Assembly: GCF_964355755.1 (NCBI RefSeq)
Contig: NC_092677.1
Span: 20,296,101 to 20,360,100 of the forward strand
DNA length: 64,000 nucleotides
Reading direction: 5' to 3'
Source: Antedon mediterranea
Lineage: Eukaryota; Animalia; Echinodermata
This document shows, in pieces, positions 28,801 to 43,840 of the stretch. Position 1 is the first letter of the stretch, and each line of letters begins with the position of its first letter. A model generated the notes under the pieces. The model searched no databases. It saw only the letters and a list, made by a program, of their open reading frames with translations, and was not told the DNA's origin. Made by a program: the position numbers and the translations under genes.

Positions 28801-30752
28801 AAATATCTCACTTTCAAAAACAATATTTTTTCAATTAAAAAAAAAAAGAAATAAAATATCAGTAGAGGTTCGAACCCACTAGTGAGAGCACTCAAACTTG
28901 AGCATTACCCGCTACGCCACAAACCAGTAGATGACTGAAGAGCTGATAATACTCTATTTATATGAAATAAATAATAAATCAATGAAAAATAATGCCATGC
29001 AACTTTGTTTCTGATTTTAAAAAAGGTCCACTTGTTTAGGCCTGATATTTACAACCCTCAAAATATCTCACTTTCAAAAACCATATTTATTTTCAATTTA
29101 AAAAAAAAGAAAAAAAATATCCCTAGAGGTTCGACCCACTACTCAGAGCACTCAAACCTGAGCATTACCCGTTACGCCACAAACCAGTAGATGACTGAAG
29201 AGCTGATAATAGTCTATTTATATGAAATGAATGATCAATCAATGAAAAATAATGCCATGCAACTTTGTTTCTGATTTTAAAAAAGGTCCACTTGTTTAGG
29301 CCTGACATTTACAACCCTCAAAATATCTCACTTTTAAAAACCATATTTATTTTCAATGTAAAAAAAAAGAAAAAAAGTATCCCTAGAGGTTCGACCCACT
29401 ACTCAGAGCACTCAAACCTGAGCATTACTCGTTACGCCACAAACCAGTAGATGACTGAAGAGCTGGTAATAGTCTATTTATATGAAATGAATTATCAATC
29501 AATGAAAAATAATGCCATGCAACTTTGTTTCTGATTTTAAAAAAGATCCATTTGTTTAGGCCTGACATTTACAACCCTAAAAAATATCTCATTTTCAAAA
29601 AAAATATTTATTTTCAATAAGAAAAAAAAAAGCAATATCCCTAGAGGTTGGAACCTGCTACTGAGAGCACTCAAACCTGGGTATTACCCGTTACGCCACA
29701 AACCAGTAGATGACTGAAGAGCTGATAATAGTCTATTTATATGAAATGAATGATCAATCAATGAAAAATAATGCCATGCAACTTTGTTTCTGATTTAAAA
29801 AAAGGTCCACTTGTTTAGGCCTGACATTTACAACCCTCAAAATATCTCACTTTCAAAAACAATATTTATTTTCAATTTAAAAAAAAAATCCCTAGAGGTT
29901 CGAACCCACTACTGAGAGAACTCAACCCTCAAAATATCTCACTTTCAAAAACAATATTTTTTCAATTTAAAAAAAAAAAGAAATAAAATATCAGTAGAGG
30001 TTCGAAGGTTCGAAGTGAGAGCACTCAAACTTGAGCATTACCCGCTACGCCACAAACCAGTAGATGACTGAAGAGCTGATAATACTCTATTTATATGAAA
30101 TAAATAATAAATCAATGAAAAATAATGCCATGCAACTTTGTTTCTGATTTTAAAAAAGGTTCATTTGTTCAGGCCTGTCATTTACAACCCTCAAAATATC
30201 TCACCTTCAAAAAAAATATTTATTTTCAATAAAAAAAAAAAAGAAAAGAAATATCCCTAGAGGTTCGAACCCATTACTGCGAGCACTCAAACTTGAGCAT
30301 TACCCGTTACGCCTCAAACCAGTAGATGACTGAAGAGCTGATAATACTCTATTTATATGAAATGAATAATAAATCAATCAAAAATAATGCCATGCAACTT
30401 TGTTTCTGATTTTAAAAAAGGTTCACTTGTTTAGGCTTGACATTTACAAACCTCAAAATATCTCACCTTCAAAAACAATATTTATTTTCAAATAAAAAAA
30501 AAAGAAAAAAAATATCCCTAGAAGTTCGAACCCACTATTGAAATCACTCAAACCTGAGCATTACCCGTTCGCCGCAAACCATTTTATGACTGAAGAGCTG
30601 ATAATAGTCTATTTATATGAAATGGATGATCAATCAATGAAAAATAATGCCATGCAACTTTGTTTCTGATTTTAAAAAAGGTTCACTTGTTTAGGCCTGA
30701 CAGTTGCAACCCTAAAAATATCTCACTTTCAAAAACAATATTTATTTTCAAT
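25790..30752. repeat. Block B (~5 kb), duplicated at ~55101-60063
   Basis: Offset 29311 (27963/57274, 29005/58316, 29265/58576). Both copies share the deletion at ~29925/59236 and the doubled ggttcgaa at 29999/59310. Confidence 0.9.
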
Positions 30753-33700
30753 AAGAAAAAAAAAGAAATATCCCTAGAGGTTGGAACCCGCTACTGAGAG
30801 CACTCAAACCTGGGTATTACCCGTTACGCCACAAACCAGTAGATAACTGAAGAGCTGATAATAGTCTATTTATATGAAATTAATGATCACTCAATGAAAA
30901 ATAATGCCATGCAACTTTGTTTCTGATTTAAAAAAGGTTCATTTGTTTAGGCCTGACATTTACAACCCTCAAAATATCTCACTTTCAAAAAAAATATTTA
31001 TTTTCAATTAAAAAAAAAAGAAATGAAATATCTCTAGAGGTTCGAACCCACTACTGCGACCACTTAAACTTGAGCATTACCTGTTACGCCACAAACCAGT
31101 AGATGACTGAAGAGCTGATACTACTCTATTTATATGAAATAAATAATAAATCAATGAAAAATAATGCCATGCAACTTTGTTTCTGATTTTAAAAAAGGTT
31201 CATTTGTTTAGGCCTGACATTTACAACCCTAAAAAAATCTCACTTTCAAAAAAAATATTTATATTCAATTAAAAACAAAAGAAAAGAAATATCCCTAGAG
31301 GTTCGAACCCACTACTGCGAGCACTCAAACTTCAGCATTACCCGTTACGCCTCAAACCAGTAGATGACTGAAGAGCTGATAATACTTTATTTATATGAAA
31401 TGAATAATAAATCAATGAAAAATAATGCCATGCAACTTTGTTTCTGATTTTAAAAAAGATTCACTTGTTTAGGCCTGACATTCACAACCCTAAAAAAAAT
31501 CTCATTTTAAAAAAAAATATTTATTTTCAATAAGAAAAAAAAGAAGCAATATCCCTAGAGGTTGGAACCCGCTACTGAGAGCACTCAAACCTGGGTATTA
31601 CCCGTAACGCCACAAACCAGTAGATAACTGATGAGTTGATAATAGTCTATTTATATGAAATTAATGATCAATCAATGAAAAATAATGCCATGCCACTTTG
31701 TTTCTGATTTTAAAAAAGGTTCATTTGTTTAGGCCTGACATTTACAACCCTCAAAATATGTCACTTTCAAAAAAAAATTATTTTCAATTAAAAAAAAAGA
31801 AAAGAAATATACCTAGGGGTTCGAACCCACTACTGCGAACACTCAAACTTGAGCATTACCCGTTACGCCTCAAACCAGTAGATGACTGAAGAGCTGATAA
31901 TACTCTATTTATATGAAATTAATAATAAATCAATGAAAAATAATGCCATGCAACCTTGTTTCTGATTTTAAAAAAGGTTCACTTGTTTAGGCCTGACATT
32001 TACAACCCTCAAAATATCTCACTTTCAAAAACAATATTTATTTTAAATTAAAAAAAAAAAAAAAAAAATATCCGTAGAGGTTCGAACCCACTAGTGAGAG
32101 CACTCAAATTTGGGCATTACCCGTTACGCCACAAACCAGTAGATGACTGAAGAGCTGATAATACTCTATTTATATGAAATAAATAATAAATCAATGAAAA
32201 ATAATGCCATGCAACTTTGTTTCTGATTTTAAAAAAGGACCACTTGTTTAGGCCTGATATTTACAACCCTCAAAATATCTCACTTTCAAAAACAATATTT
32301 ATTTTCAATTTAAAAAAAAAAAAATCCCTAGAGGTTCGAACCTACTACTGAGAGCACTCAAACCTGAGCATTATCCGTTACGCCACAAACCAGTAGGTGA
32401 CTGAGTAGCTGATAATAGTCTATTTATATGAAATGAATGATCAATCAATGAAAAACAATGCCATGCAACTTTGTTTCTGATTTTAAAAAAGATCCATTTG
32501 TTTAGGCCTGACATTCACAACCCTAAAAAAAATCTCATTTTTAAAAAAAATATTTATTTTCAATAAGAAAAAAAGAGTAATATCCCTAGAGGTTGGAACC
32601 CGCTACTGAGAGCACTCAAACCTGGGTATTACCCGTTACGCCACAAACCAGTAGATAACTGAAGAGCTGATAATAGTCTATTTATATGAAATTAATGATC
32701 AATCAATGAAAAATAATGCCATGCAACTTTGTTTCTGATTTAAAAAAGGTTCATTTGTTTAGGCCTGACATTTACAACCCTCAAAATATCTCACTTTCAA
32801 AAAAAATATTTATTTTCAATTAAAAAAAAAGAAAAAAAATATTTGTAGAGGTTCGAACCCACTACTGCGAGAACTCAAACCTTAGCACTACCGGTTACGC
32901 CACAAACCAGTAGATGACTGAAGAGCTGATAATACTCTATTTATATGAAATTAATAATAAATCAATGAAAAATAATGCCATGCAACTTTGTTTCTGATTT
33001 TAAAAAAGGTTCACTTGTTTAGGCCTGACATTTACAACCCTCAAAATATCTCACTTTCAAAAACAATATTTATTTTAAATTAAAAAAAAAAAAAAAAAAA
33101 TATCCGTAGAGGTTCGAACCCACTAGTGAGAGCACTCAAATTTGGGCATTACTCGTTACGCCACAAACCAGTAGATGACTGAAGAGCTGATAATACTCTA
33201 TTTATATGAAATAAATAATAAATCAATGAAAAATAATGCCATGCAACTTTGTTTCTGATTTTAAAAAAGGACCACTTGTTTAGGCCTGATATTTACAACC
33301 CTCAAAATATCTCACATTCAAAAACAATATTTATTTTCAATTTAAAAAAAAAAAAATCCCTAGAGGTTCGAACCTACTACTGAGAGCACTCAAACCTGAG
33401 CATTATCCGTTACGCCACAAACCAGTAGGTGACTGAGTAGCTGATAATAGTCTATTTATATGAAATGAATGATCAATCAATGAAAAACAATGCCATGCAA
33501 CTTTGTTTCTGATTTTAAAAAAGATCCATTTGTTTAGGCCTGACATTCACAACCCTAAAAAAAATCTCATTTTCAAAAAAAATATTTATTTTCAATAAGA
33601 AAAAAAGAGTAATATCCCTAGAGGTTGGAACCCGCTACTGAGAGCACTCAAACCTGGGTATTACCCGTTACGCCACAAACCAGTAGATAACTGAAGAGCT

Positions 33701-36700
33701 GATAATAGTCTATTTATATGAAATTAATGATCAATCAATGAAAAATAATGCCATGCAACTTTGTTTCTGATTTAAAAAAGGTTCATTTGTTTAGGCCTGA
33801 CATTTACAACCCTCAAAATATCTCACTTTCAAAAAAAATATTTATTTTCAATTAAAAAAAAAGAAAAAAAATATTTGTAGAGGTTCGAACCCACTACTGC
33901 GAGAACTCAAACCTTAGCACTACCGGTTACGCCACAAACCAGTAGATGACTGAAGAGCTGATAATACTCTATTTATATGAAATTAATAATAAATCAATGA
34001 AAAATAATGCCATGCAACTTTGTTTCTGATTTTAAAAAAGGTTCACTTGTTTAGGCCTGACATTTACAACCCTCAAAATATCTCACTTTCAAAAACAATA
34101 TTTATTTTAAATAAAAAAAAAAAGAAACAAAATATCCGTAGAGGTTCGAACCCACTAGTGAAAGCACTCAAACTTGAGCATTACCCGTTACGCCACAAAC
34201 CAGTAGATGACTGAAGAGCTGACAATACTCTATTTATATGAAATGAATGATCAATCAATGAAAAATAATGCCATGCAACTTTGTTTCTGATTTTAAAAAA
34301 GGTCCACTTGTTTAGGCCTGACATTTACAACCCTCAAAATATCTCACTTTCAAAAACAATATTTATTTTCAATAAAAAAAAAAAAAAAAAAAATATTCGT
34401 AGAGGTTCGAACCCACTACTGCGAGAACTCAAACCTGAGCATTACCCGTTACGCCTCAAACCAGTAGATGACTGAAGAGCTGATAATACTCTATTTATAT
34501 GAAATTAATAATAAATCAATGAAAAATAATGCAATGCAACTTTGTTTCTGATTTTAAAAAAGGTTCATTTGTTTAGGCCTGTCATTTACAACCCTCAAAA
34601 TATCTCACCTTCAAAAACAATATTTATTTTAAATAAAAAAAAAAAAGAAACAAAATATCCGTAGAGGTTCGAACCCACTAGTGAAAGCACTCAAACTTGA
34701 GCATTACCCGTTACGCCACAAACCAGTAGATGACTGAAGAGCTGACAATACTCTATTTATATGAAATGAATGATCAATCAATGAAAAATAATACCATGCA
34801 ACTTTGTTTCTGATTTTAAAAAAGGTCCACTTGTTTAGGCCTGACATTTACAACCCTCAAAATATCTCACTTTCAAAAACAATATTTTTTTCAATAAAAA
34901 AAAAAAGAAAACAAATATTCGTAGAGGTTCGAACCCACTACTGCGAGAACTCAAACCTGAGCATTACCCGTTACGCCACAAACCAGTAGATGACTGAAGA
35001 GCTGATAATACTCTATTTATATGAAATTAATAATAAATCAATGAAAAATAATGCAATGCAACTTTGTTTCTGATTTTAAAAAAGGTTCATTTGTTTAGGC
35101 CTGTCATTTACAACCCTCAAAATATCTCACCTTCAAAAAAAATATTTATTTTCAATAAAAAAAAAAAAGAAAAGAAATATCCCTAGAAGTTCGAACCCAC
35201 TACTGCGAGAACTCAAACCTGAGCATTACCCGTTACGCCTCAAACCAGTAGATGACTGAAGAGCTGATAATACTCTATTTATATGAAATTAATAATAAAT
35301 CAATGAAAAATAATGCAATGCAACTTTGTTTCTGATTTTAAAAAACGTTCATTTGTTTAGGCCTGTCATTTACAACCCTCAAAATATCTCACCTTCAAAA
35401 ACAATATTTATTTTAAATAAAAAAAAAAAAGAAACAAAATATCCGTAGAGGTTCGAACCCACTAGTGAAAGCACTCAAACTTGAGCATTACCCGTTACGC
35501 CACAAACCAGTAGATGACTGAAGAGCTGACAATACTCTATTTATATGAAATGAATGATCAATCAATGAAAAATAATGCCATGAAACTTTGTTTCTGATTT
35601 TAAAAAAGGTCCACTTGTTTAGGCCTGACATTTACAACCCTCAAAATATCTCACTTTCAAAAACAATATTTTTTTCAATAAAAAAAAAAAAGAAAACAAA
35701 TATTCGTAGCGGTTCGAACCCACTACTGCGAGAACTCAAACCTGAGCATTACCCGTCACGCCACAAACCAGTAGATGACTGAAGAGCTGATAATACTCTA
35801 TTTATATGAAATTAATAATAAATCAATGAAAAATAATGCCATGCAACTTTGTTTCTGATTTTAAAAAAGGTTCACTTGTTTAGGCCTGACATTTACAACC
35901 CTCAAAATATCTCACTTTCAAAAACAATATTTATTTTAAATAAAAAAAAAAAAGAAACAAAATATCCGTAGAGGTTCGAACCCACTAGTAAAAGCACTCA
36001 AACTTGAGCATTACCCGTTACGCCACAAACCAGTAGATGACTGAAGAGCTGACAATACTCTATTTATATGAAATGAATGATCAATCAATGAAAAATAATG
36101 CCATGCAACTTTGTTTCTGATTTTAAAAAAGGTCCACTTGTTTAGGCCTGACATTTACAACCCTCAAAATATCTCACTTTCAAAAACAATATTTATTTTC
36201 CATAAAAAAAAAAAAAAAAAAAAATATTCGTAGAGGTTCGAACCCACTACTGCGAGAACTCAAACCTTACCATTACCCGTTACGCCTCAAACCAGTAGAT
36301 GACTGAAGAGCTGATAATACTCTATTTATATGAAATTAATAATAAATCAATGAAAAATAATGCCATGCAACTTTGTTTCTGATTTTAAAAAAGGTTCACT
36401 TGTTTAGGCCTGACATTTACAACCCTCAAAATATCTCACTTTCAAAAACAATATTTATTTTAAATAAAAAAAAAAAAGAAACAAAATATCCGTAGAGGTT
36501 CGAACCCACTAGTGAAAGCACTCAAACTTGAGCATTACCCGTTACGCCACAAACCAGTATATGACTGAAGAGCTGACAATACTCTATTTATATGAAATGA
36601 ATGATCAATCAATGAAAAATAATGCCATGCAACTTTGTTTCTGATTTTAAAAAAGGTCCACTTGTTTAGGCCTGACATTTACAACCCTCAAAATATCTCA

Positions 36701-39700
36701 CCTTCAAAAACAATATTTATTTTCTATAAAAAAAAAAAGAAAAGAAATATCCATAGAGGTTCGAACCCACTACTGCGAGCACTCAAACTTGAGCATTACC
36801 CGTTACGCCTCAAACCAGTAGATGACTGAAGAGCTGATAATACTCTATTTATATGAAATGAATAATAAATCAATGAAAAATAATGCCATGCAACTTTGTT
36901 CCTGATTTTAAAAAAGGTTCACTTGTTTAGGCCTGACATTTACAACCCTCAAAATATCTCACTTTCAAAAACAATATTTATTTTAAATAAAAAAAAAAAA
37001 AGAAACAAAATATCCGTAGAGGTTCGAACCCACTAGTGAGAGCACTCAAACTTGAGCATTACCCGTTACGCCACAAACCAGTAGATGAATGAAGAGCTGA
37101 CAATACTCTATTTATATGAAATAAATAATAAATCAATGAAAAATAATGCCATGCAACTTTGTTTCTGATTTTAAAAAAGGTTCACTTGTTTAGGCCTGAC
37201 ATTTACAACCCTCAAAATATCTCACTTTCAAAAACAATATTTATTTTAAATAAAAAAAAAAAATATCCGTAGAGGTTCGAACCCACTAGTGAGAGCACTC
37301 AAACTTGAGCATTACCCGTTACGCCACAAACCAGTAGATAACTGAATAGCTGATAATAGTCTATTTATATGAAATGAATGATCAATCAATGAAAAATAAT
37401 GCCATGCAACTTTGTTTCTGATTTTAAAAAAGGTCCACTTGTTTAGGCCTGACATTTACAACCCTCAAAATATCTCACTTTCAAAAACAATATTTTTTTC
37501 AATAAAAAAAAAAAAGAAAACAAATATTCGTAGAGGTTCGAACCCACTACTGCGAGAACTCAAACCTGAGCATTACCCGTTACGCCTCAAACCAGTAGAT
37601 GACTGAAGAGCTAATAATACTCTATTTATATGAAATTAATAATAAATCAATGAAAAATAATGCCATGCAACTTTGTTTCTGATTTTAAAAAAGGTTCACT
37701 TGGGTAGGCCTGACATTTACAACCCTCAAAATATCTCACTTTCAAAAACAATATTTATTTTAAATAAAAAAAAAAGAAACAAAATATTCGTAGTGGTTCG
37801 AACCCACTAGTGAAAGCACTCAAACTTCAGCATTACCCGTTACGCCACAAACCAGTAGATGACTGAAGAGCTGACAATACTCTATTTATATGAAATGAAT
37901 GATCAATCAATGAAAAATAATGCCATGCAACTTTGTTTCTGATTTTAAAAAAGGTTCATTTGTTTAGGCCTGTCATTTACAACCCTCAAAATATCTCACC
38001 TTCAAAAAAAATATTTATTTTCAATAAAAAAAAAAAAGAAAAGAAATATCCCTAGAGGTTCGAAGCCACTACTGCGAGAACTCAAACCTGAGCATTATCC
38101 GTTACGCCTCAAACCAGTAGATGACTGGAGAGCTGATAATACTCTATTTATATGAAATTAATAATAAATCAATGAAAAATAATGCAATGCAACTTTGTTT
38201 CTGATTTTAAAAAAGGTTCATTTGTTTAGGCCTGTCATTTACAACCCTCAAAATATCTCACCTTCAAAAAAAATATTTATTTTCAATAAAAAAAAAAAAG
38301 AAAAGAAATATCCCTAGAGGTTCGAACCCACTAGTGAGAGCACTCAAACTTAAGCATTACCCGTTACGCCACAAACCAGTAGATAACTGAAGAGCTGATA
38401 ATAGTCTATTTATATGAAATGAATGATCAATCCATGAAAAATAATGCCATGCAACTTTGTTTCTGATTTTAAAAAAGGTCCACTTGTTTAGGCCTGACAT
38501 TTACAACCCTCAAAATATCTCACTTTCAAAAACAATATTTTTTTCAATAAAAAAAAAAAAGAAAACAAATATTCGTAGAGGTTCGAACCCACTACTGCGA
38601 GAACTCAAACCTGAGCATTACCCGTTACGCCTCAAACCAGTAGATGACTGAAGAGCTGATAATACTCTATTTATATGGAATTAATAATAAATCAATGAAA
38701 AATAATGCCATGCAACTTTGTTTCTGATTTTAAAAAAGGTTCACTTGTTTAGGCCTGACATTTACAACCCTCAAAATATCTCACTTTCAAAAACAATATT
38801 TATTTTAAATAAAAAAAAAAAAGAAACAAAATATCCGTAGAGGTTCGAACCCACTAGTGAAAGCACTCAAAATTGAGCATTACCCGTTACGCCACAAACC
38901 AGTAGATGACTGAAGAGCTGACAATACTCTATTTATATGAAATGAATGATCAATCAATGAAAAATAATGCCATGCAACTTTGTTTCTGATTTTAAAAAAG
39001 GTCCACTTGTTTAGGCCTGACATTTACAACCCTCAAAATATCTCACTTTCAAAAACAATATTTATTTTCAATAAAAAAAAAAAAAAAAAAAAATATTCGT
39101 AGAGGTTCGAACCCACTACTGCGAGAACTCAAACCTGAGCATTACCCGTTACGCCTCAAACCAGTAGATGACTGAAGAGCTGATAATACTCTATTTATAT
39201 GAAATTAATAATAAATCAATGAAAAATAATGCAATGCAACTTTGTTTCTGATTTTAAAAAAGGTTCATTTGTTTAGGCCTGTCATTTACAACCCTCAAAA
39301 TATCTCACCTTCAAAAAAAATATTTATTTTCAATAAAAAAAAAAAAAGAAATATCCCTAGAGGTTCGAACCCACTACTGCAAGCACTCAAACTTGAGCAT
39401 TACCCGTTACGCCTCAAACCAGTAGATGACTGAAGAGCTGATAATACTCTATTTATATGAAATGAAATGAATAATAAATCAATGAAAAATAATGCCATGC
39501 AACTTTGTTTCTGATTTTAAAAAAGGTTCACTTGTTTAGGCCTGACATTTACAACCCTCAAAATATCTCACCTTCAAAAACAATATTTATTTTCAAATAA
39601 AAAAAAAAGAAAAAAAAAATATCCCTAGAAGTTCGAACCCACTATTGAAATCACTCAAACCTGAGCATTAACCGTTCGCCGCAAACCATTTTATGACTGA

Positions 39701-41300
39701 AGAGCTGATAATACTCTATTTATATGAAATTAATAATAAATCAATGAAAAATAATGCCATGCAACTTTGTTTCTGATTTTAAAAAAGGTTCATTTGTTTA
39801 GGCCTGTCATTTACAACCCTCAAAATATCTCACCTTCAAAAAAAATATTTATTTTCAATAAAAAAAAAAAAGAAAAGAAATATCCCTAGAGGTTCGAACC
39901 CACTAGTGAGAGCACTCAAACTTGAGCATTACCCGTTACGCCACAAACCAGTAGATAACTGAAGAGCTGATAATAGTCTATTTATATGAAATGAATGATC
40001 AATCAATGAAAAATAATGCCATGCAACTTTGTTTCTGATTTTAAAAAAGGTCCACTTGTTTAGGCCTGACATTTACAACCCTCAAAATATCTCACTTTCA
40101 AAAACAATATTTTTTTCAATAAAAAAAAAAAAGAAAACAAATATTCGTAGAGGTTCGAACCCACTACTGCGAGAACTCAAACCTGAGCATTACCCGTTGC
40201 GCCTCAAACCAGTAGATGACTGAAGAGCTGATAATACTCTATTTATATGAAATTAATAATAAATCAATGAAAAATAATGCCATGCAACTTTGTTTCTGAT
40301 TTTAAAAAAGATCCATTTGTTTAGGCCTGACATTTACAACCCTAAAAAATATCTCATTTTCAAAAAAAATATTTATTTTCAATAAGAAAAAAAAAAGAAA
40401 TATCCCTAGAGGTTGGAACCCGCTACTGAGAGCACTCAAACCTGGGTATTACCCGTTACGCCACAAACCAGTAGATAACTGAAGAGCTGATAATAGTCTA
40501 TTTATATGAAATTAATGATCAATCAATGAAAAATAATGCCATGCAACTTTGTTTCTGATTTTAAAAAAGGTCCACTTGTTTAGGCCTGACATTTACAACC
40601 CTCAAACTATATCACTTTCAAAAACCATATTTATTTTAAATTTTAAAAAAAAATAGAAAAAAAATATTCGTAGAGGTTCGAACCCACCACTGCGAGAACT
40701 CAAACCTGAGCACTACCAGTTACGCTACAAACCAGTAGATGACTGAAGAGCTGATAATAGTCTATTTATATGAAATTAATAATAAATCAATGAAAAATAA
40801 TGCCATGCAACTTTGTTTCTGATTTTAAAAAAGGTTAACTTGTTTAGGCCTGACATTTACAACCCTCAAAATATCTCACTTTCAAAAACAATATTTATTA
40901 AAAAAAAAAAAAAAAAGAAACAAAATATCCGTAGAGGTTCGAACCTACTAGTGAGAGAACTCACACTTGAGCATTACCCGTTACGCCACAAACCAGTAGA
41001 TGACTGAAGAGCTGATAATACTCTATTTATATGAAATAAATAATAAATCAATGAAAAATAATGCCATGCAACTTTGTTTCTGATTTTAAAAAAGGTCCAC
41101 TTGTTTAGGCCTGACATTTACAACCCTCAAAATATCTCACTTTCAAAAACCATATTTATTTTCAATTTAAAAAAAAAAGAAAAAAAATATCCCTAGAGGT
41201 TCGACCAACTACTCAGAGCACTCAAAACTGAGCATTACCCGTTACGCCACAAACCAGTAGATGACTGAAGAGCTGATAATAGTCTATTTATATGAAATGA
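30744..41300. repeat. Block A' (copy of 15307-25863)
   Basis: Same as block A. Only a few substitutions were seen by eye, e.g. cccgtaacgc ~31606, actcgtt ~33153, gtagcggtt ~35710. Confidence 0.92.
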
Positions 41301-43425
41301 ATTATCAATCAATGAAAAATAATGCCATGCAACTTTGTTTCTGATTTAAAAAAAGGTTCACTTGTTTAGGCCTGACATTTACAACCCTAAAAATATCTCA
41401 CTTTCAAAAACAATATTTATTTTCAATTTTAAAAAAAAATCCCTAGAGGTTCGAACCCACTACTGACAGAACTCAAACCTGAGCATTATCCGTTACGCCA
41501 CCAACCAGTAGGTGACTGAGGAGCTGATAATAGTCTATTTATATGAAATGAATGATCAATCAATGAAAAATAATGCCATGAAACTTTGTTTCTGATTTTA
41601 AAAAAGGTTCACTTGTTTTGGCCTGACATTTACAACCCTCAAAATATCTCACTTTCAAAAACAATATTTTTTCAATTAAAAAAAAAAAAGAAATAAAATA
41701 TCAGTAGAGGTTCGAACCCACTAGTGAGAGCACTCAAACTTGAGCATTACCCGTTACGCCACAAACCAGTAGATGACTGAAGAGCTGATAATAGTCTATT
41801 TATATGAAATGAATGATCAATCAATGAAAAATAATGCCATGCAACTTTGTTTCTGATTTTAAAAAAGGTTCACTTGTTTAGGCCTGATATTTACAACCCT
41901 CAAAATATCTCACTTTCAAAAAGCATATTTATTTTCAATTTAAAAAAAAAAGAAAAAAAATATCCCTAGAGGTTCGACCCACTACTCAGAGCACTCAAAC
42001 CTGAGCATTACCCGTTACGCCACAAACCAGTAGATGACTGAAGAGCTGATAATAGTCTATTTATATGAAATGAATGATCAATCAATGAAAATAATGCCAT
42101 GCAACTTTGTTTCTGATTTTAAAAAAGGTCCACTTGTTTAGGCCTGACATTTACAACCCTCAAAATATCTCACTTTCAAAAACAATATTTATTTTCAATT
42201 AAAAAAAAAAGAAAAAAAATATTCGTAGAGGTTCGAACCCACTACTGCGAGAACTAAAACCTGAGCACTACCGGTTACGCCACAAACCAGTAGATGACTG
42301 AAGAGCTGATAACAGTCTATTTATTTGAAATGAATGATCCATCAATGTAAAATGATGTTATGCAACTTTGTTTCTGATTTAAAAAAAAGGTCCACTTGGT
42401 TAGGCTTGACATTTAAAACCCTCAAAATATCTCACTTTCAAAAACCATATTTATTTTCAATTTAAAAAAAAAGAAAAAAAATATCCCTTGAGGTTCGACC
42501 CACTACTCAGAGCACTCAAACCTGAGCATTACCCGTTACGCCACAAACCAGTAGATGACTGAAGAGCTGATAATAGTCTATTTATATGAAATGAATTATC
42601 AATCAATGAAAAATAATGCCATGCAACTTTGTTTCTGATTTTAAAAAAGGTCCTCTTGTTTAGGCCTGACATTTACAACCCTCAAACTATCTCACTTTCA
42701 AAAACCATATTTATTTTCAATTTAAAAAAAAAAGAAAAAAAGTATCCCTAGAGGTTCGACCCACTACTCAGAGCACTCAAACCTGAGCTTTACTCGTTAC
42801 GCCACAAACCAGTAGATGACTGAAGAGCTGGTAATAGTCTATTTATATGAAATGAATTATCAATCAATGAAAAATAATGTCATGCAACTTTGTTTCTGAT
42901 TTTAAAAAAGATCCATTTGTTTAGGCCTGACATTTACAACCCTAAAAAATATCTCATTTTCAAAAAAAATATTTATTTTCAATAAGAAAAAAAAAAGCAA
43001 TATCCCTAGAGGTTGGAACCCGCTACTGAGAGCACTCAAACCTGGGTATTACCCGTTACTCCACAAACCAGTAGATAACTGAAGAGCTGATAATAGTCTA
43101 TTTATATGAAATTAATGATCAATCAATGAAAAATAATGCCATGCAACTTTGTTTCTGATTTCAAAAAAGGTTCACTTGTTTAGGCCTGACTTTTACAACC
43201 CTCAAAATATCTCACTTTCAAAAACAATATTTTTTTCAATAAAAAAAAAAAAAAAAAAAATTTTCGTAGAGGTCCGAACCCACTACTGCGAGAACTCAAA
43301 CCTGAGCATTACCCCTTACGCCTCAAACCAGTAGATGACTGAAGAGCTGATAATACTCTATTTATATGAAATTAATAATAAATCAATGAAAAATAATGCC
43401 ATGCAACTTTGTTTCTGATTTTAAA

Positions 43426-43772
43426 CAAGCACGAATGTGCAATACTCGGGGTACAGCGAAAGAAGCTGTAATGACGTCATAAGACCGGATGTAACGTCAC
43501 ATACACATCAAAAACCGCGCTACCAAATACGGCTATACGATACCATCTTCGAGACGTCATATGGCTGCATCCGGTATGAAATTAAAAAATCCGGCTCTCT
43601 ATAGCTTTGAGGACATGTCCCTGTAGTATATTCATGCTAAATCCGAGCTCAATACTACAACGAATAAGGGAGGAGTAGTACTTTATAAATTGCACTTTTT
43701 GCTCAATATAGTGTCCGGATGGAAGAAGAAGAGGAAAAGATGAGAGAGTCCTAGACTCAGGTACCCCGACTA
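43426..43772 (-). mobile_element. Short HINE subunit 1 (~350 bp) with a degenerate 5' (right) end
   Basis: Starts caagcacgaatgtgcaatactcggggtac and ends ctagactcaggtaccccgacta (43751-43772), two substitutions away from the perfect end at 44947-44968. Core 43580-43772 is homologous to 44787-44968. Confidence 0.75.
43429..43470 (-). other. HINE 3' terminal structure: stem-loop, subTIR and inner hairpin
   Basis: gcac-gaat-gtgc (43429-43440), subTIR (43443-43454) and tacagc-gaaagaa-gctgta (43452-43470). All three recur at 44272-44313. Confidence 0.8.
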
Positions 43773-43840
43773 ATAAAACGATATATACTCTATATCATTT
43801 TACGTATACAGTATATTTCACCATAAAGTTAAAGAAAAAT

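Larger units (their letters stand above)
676..43425. repeat. Tandem satellite array, ~255-263 bp monomer, tRNA-derived (left part)
   Basis: Head-to-tail recurrence about every 260 bp of gccatgcaactttgtttctgattttaaaaaagg...taggcctgacatttacaaccctcaaaatatctcactttc...(A-tract)...tagaggttcgaacccacta...ccgttacgccacaaaccagtagatgactgaagagctgataata.tctatttatatgaaat. Length variation comes mostly from the A-tract. All copies have the same orientation. Confidence 0.98.
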
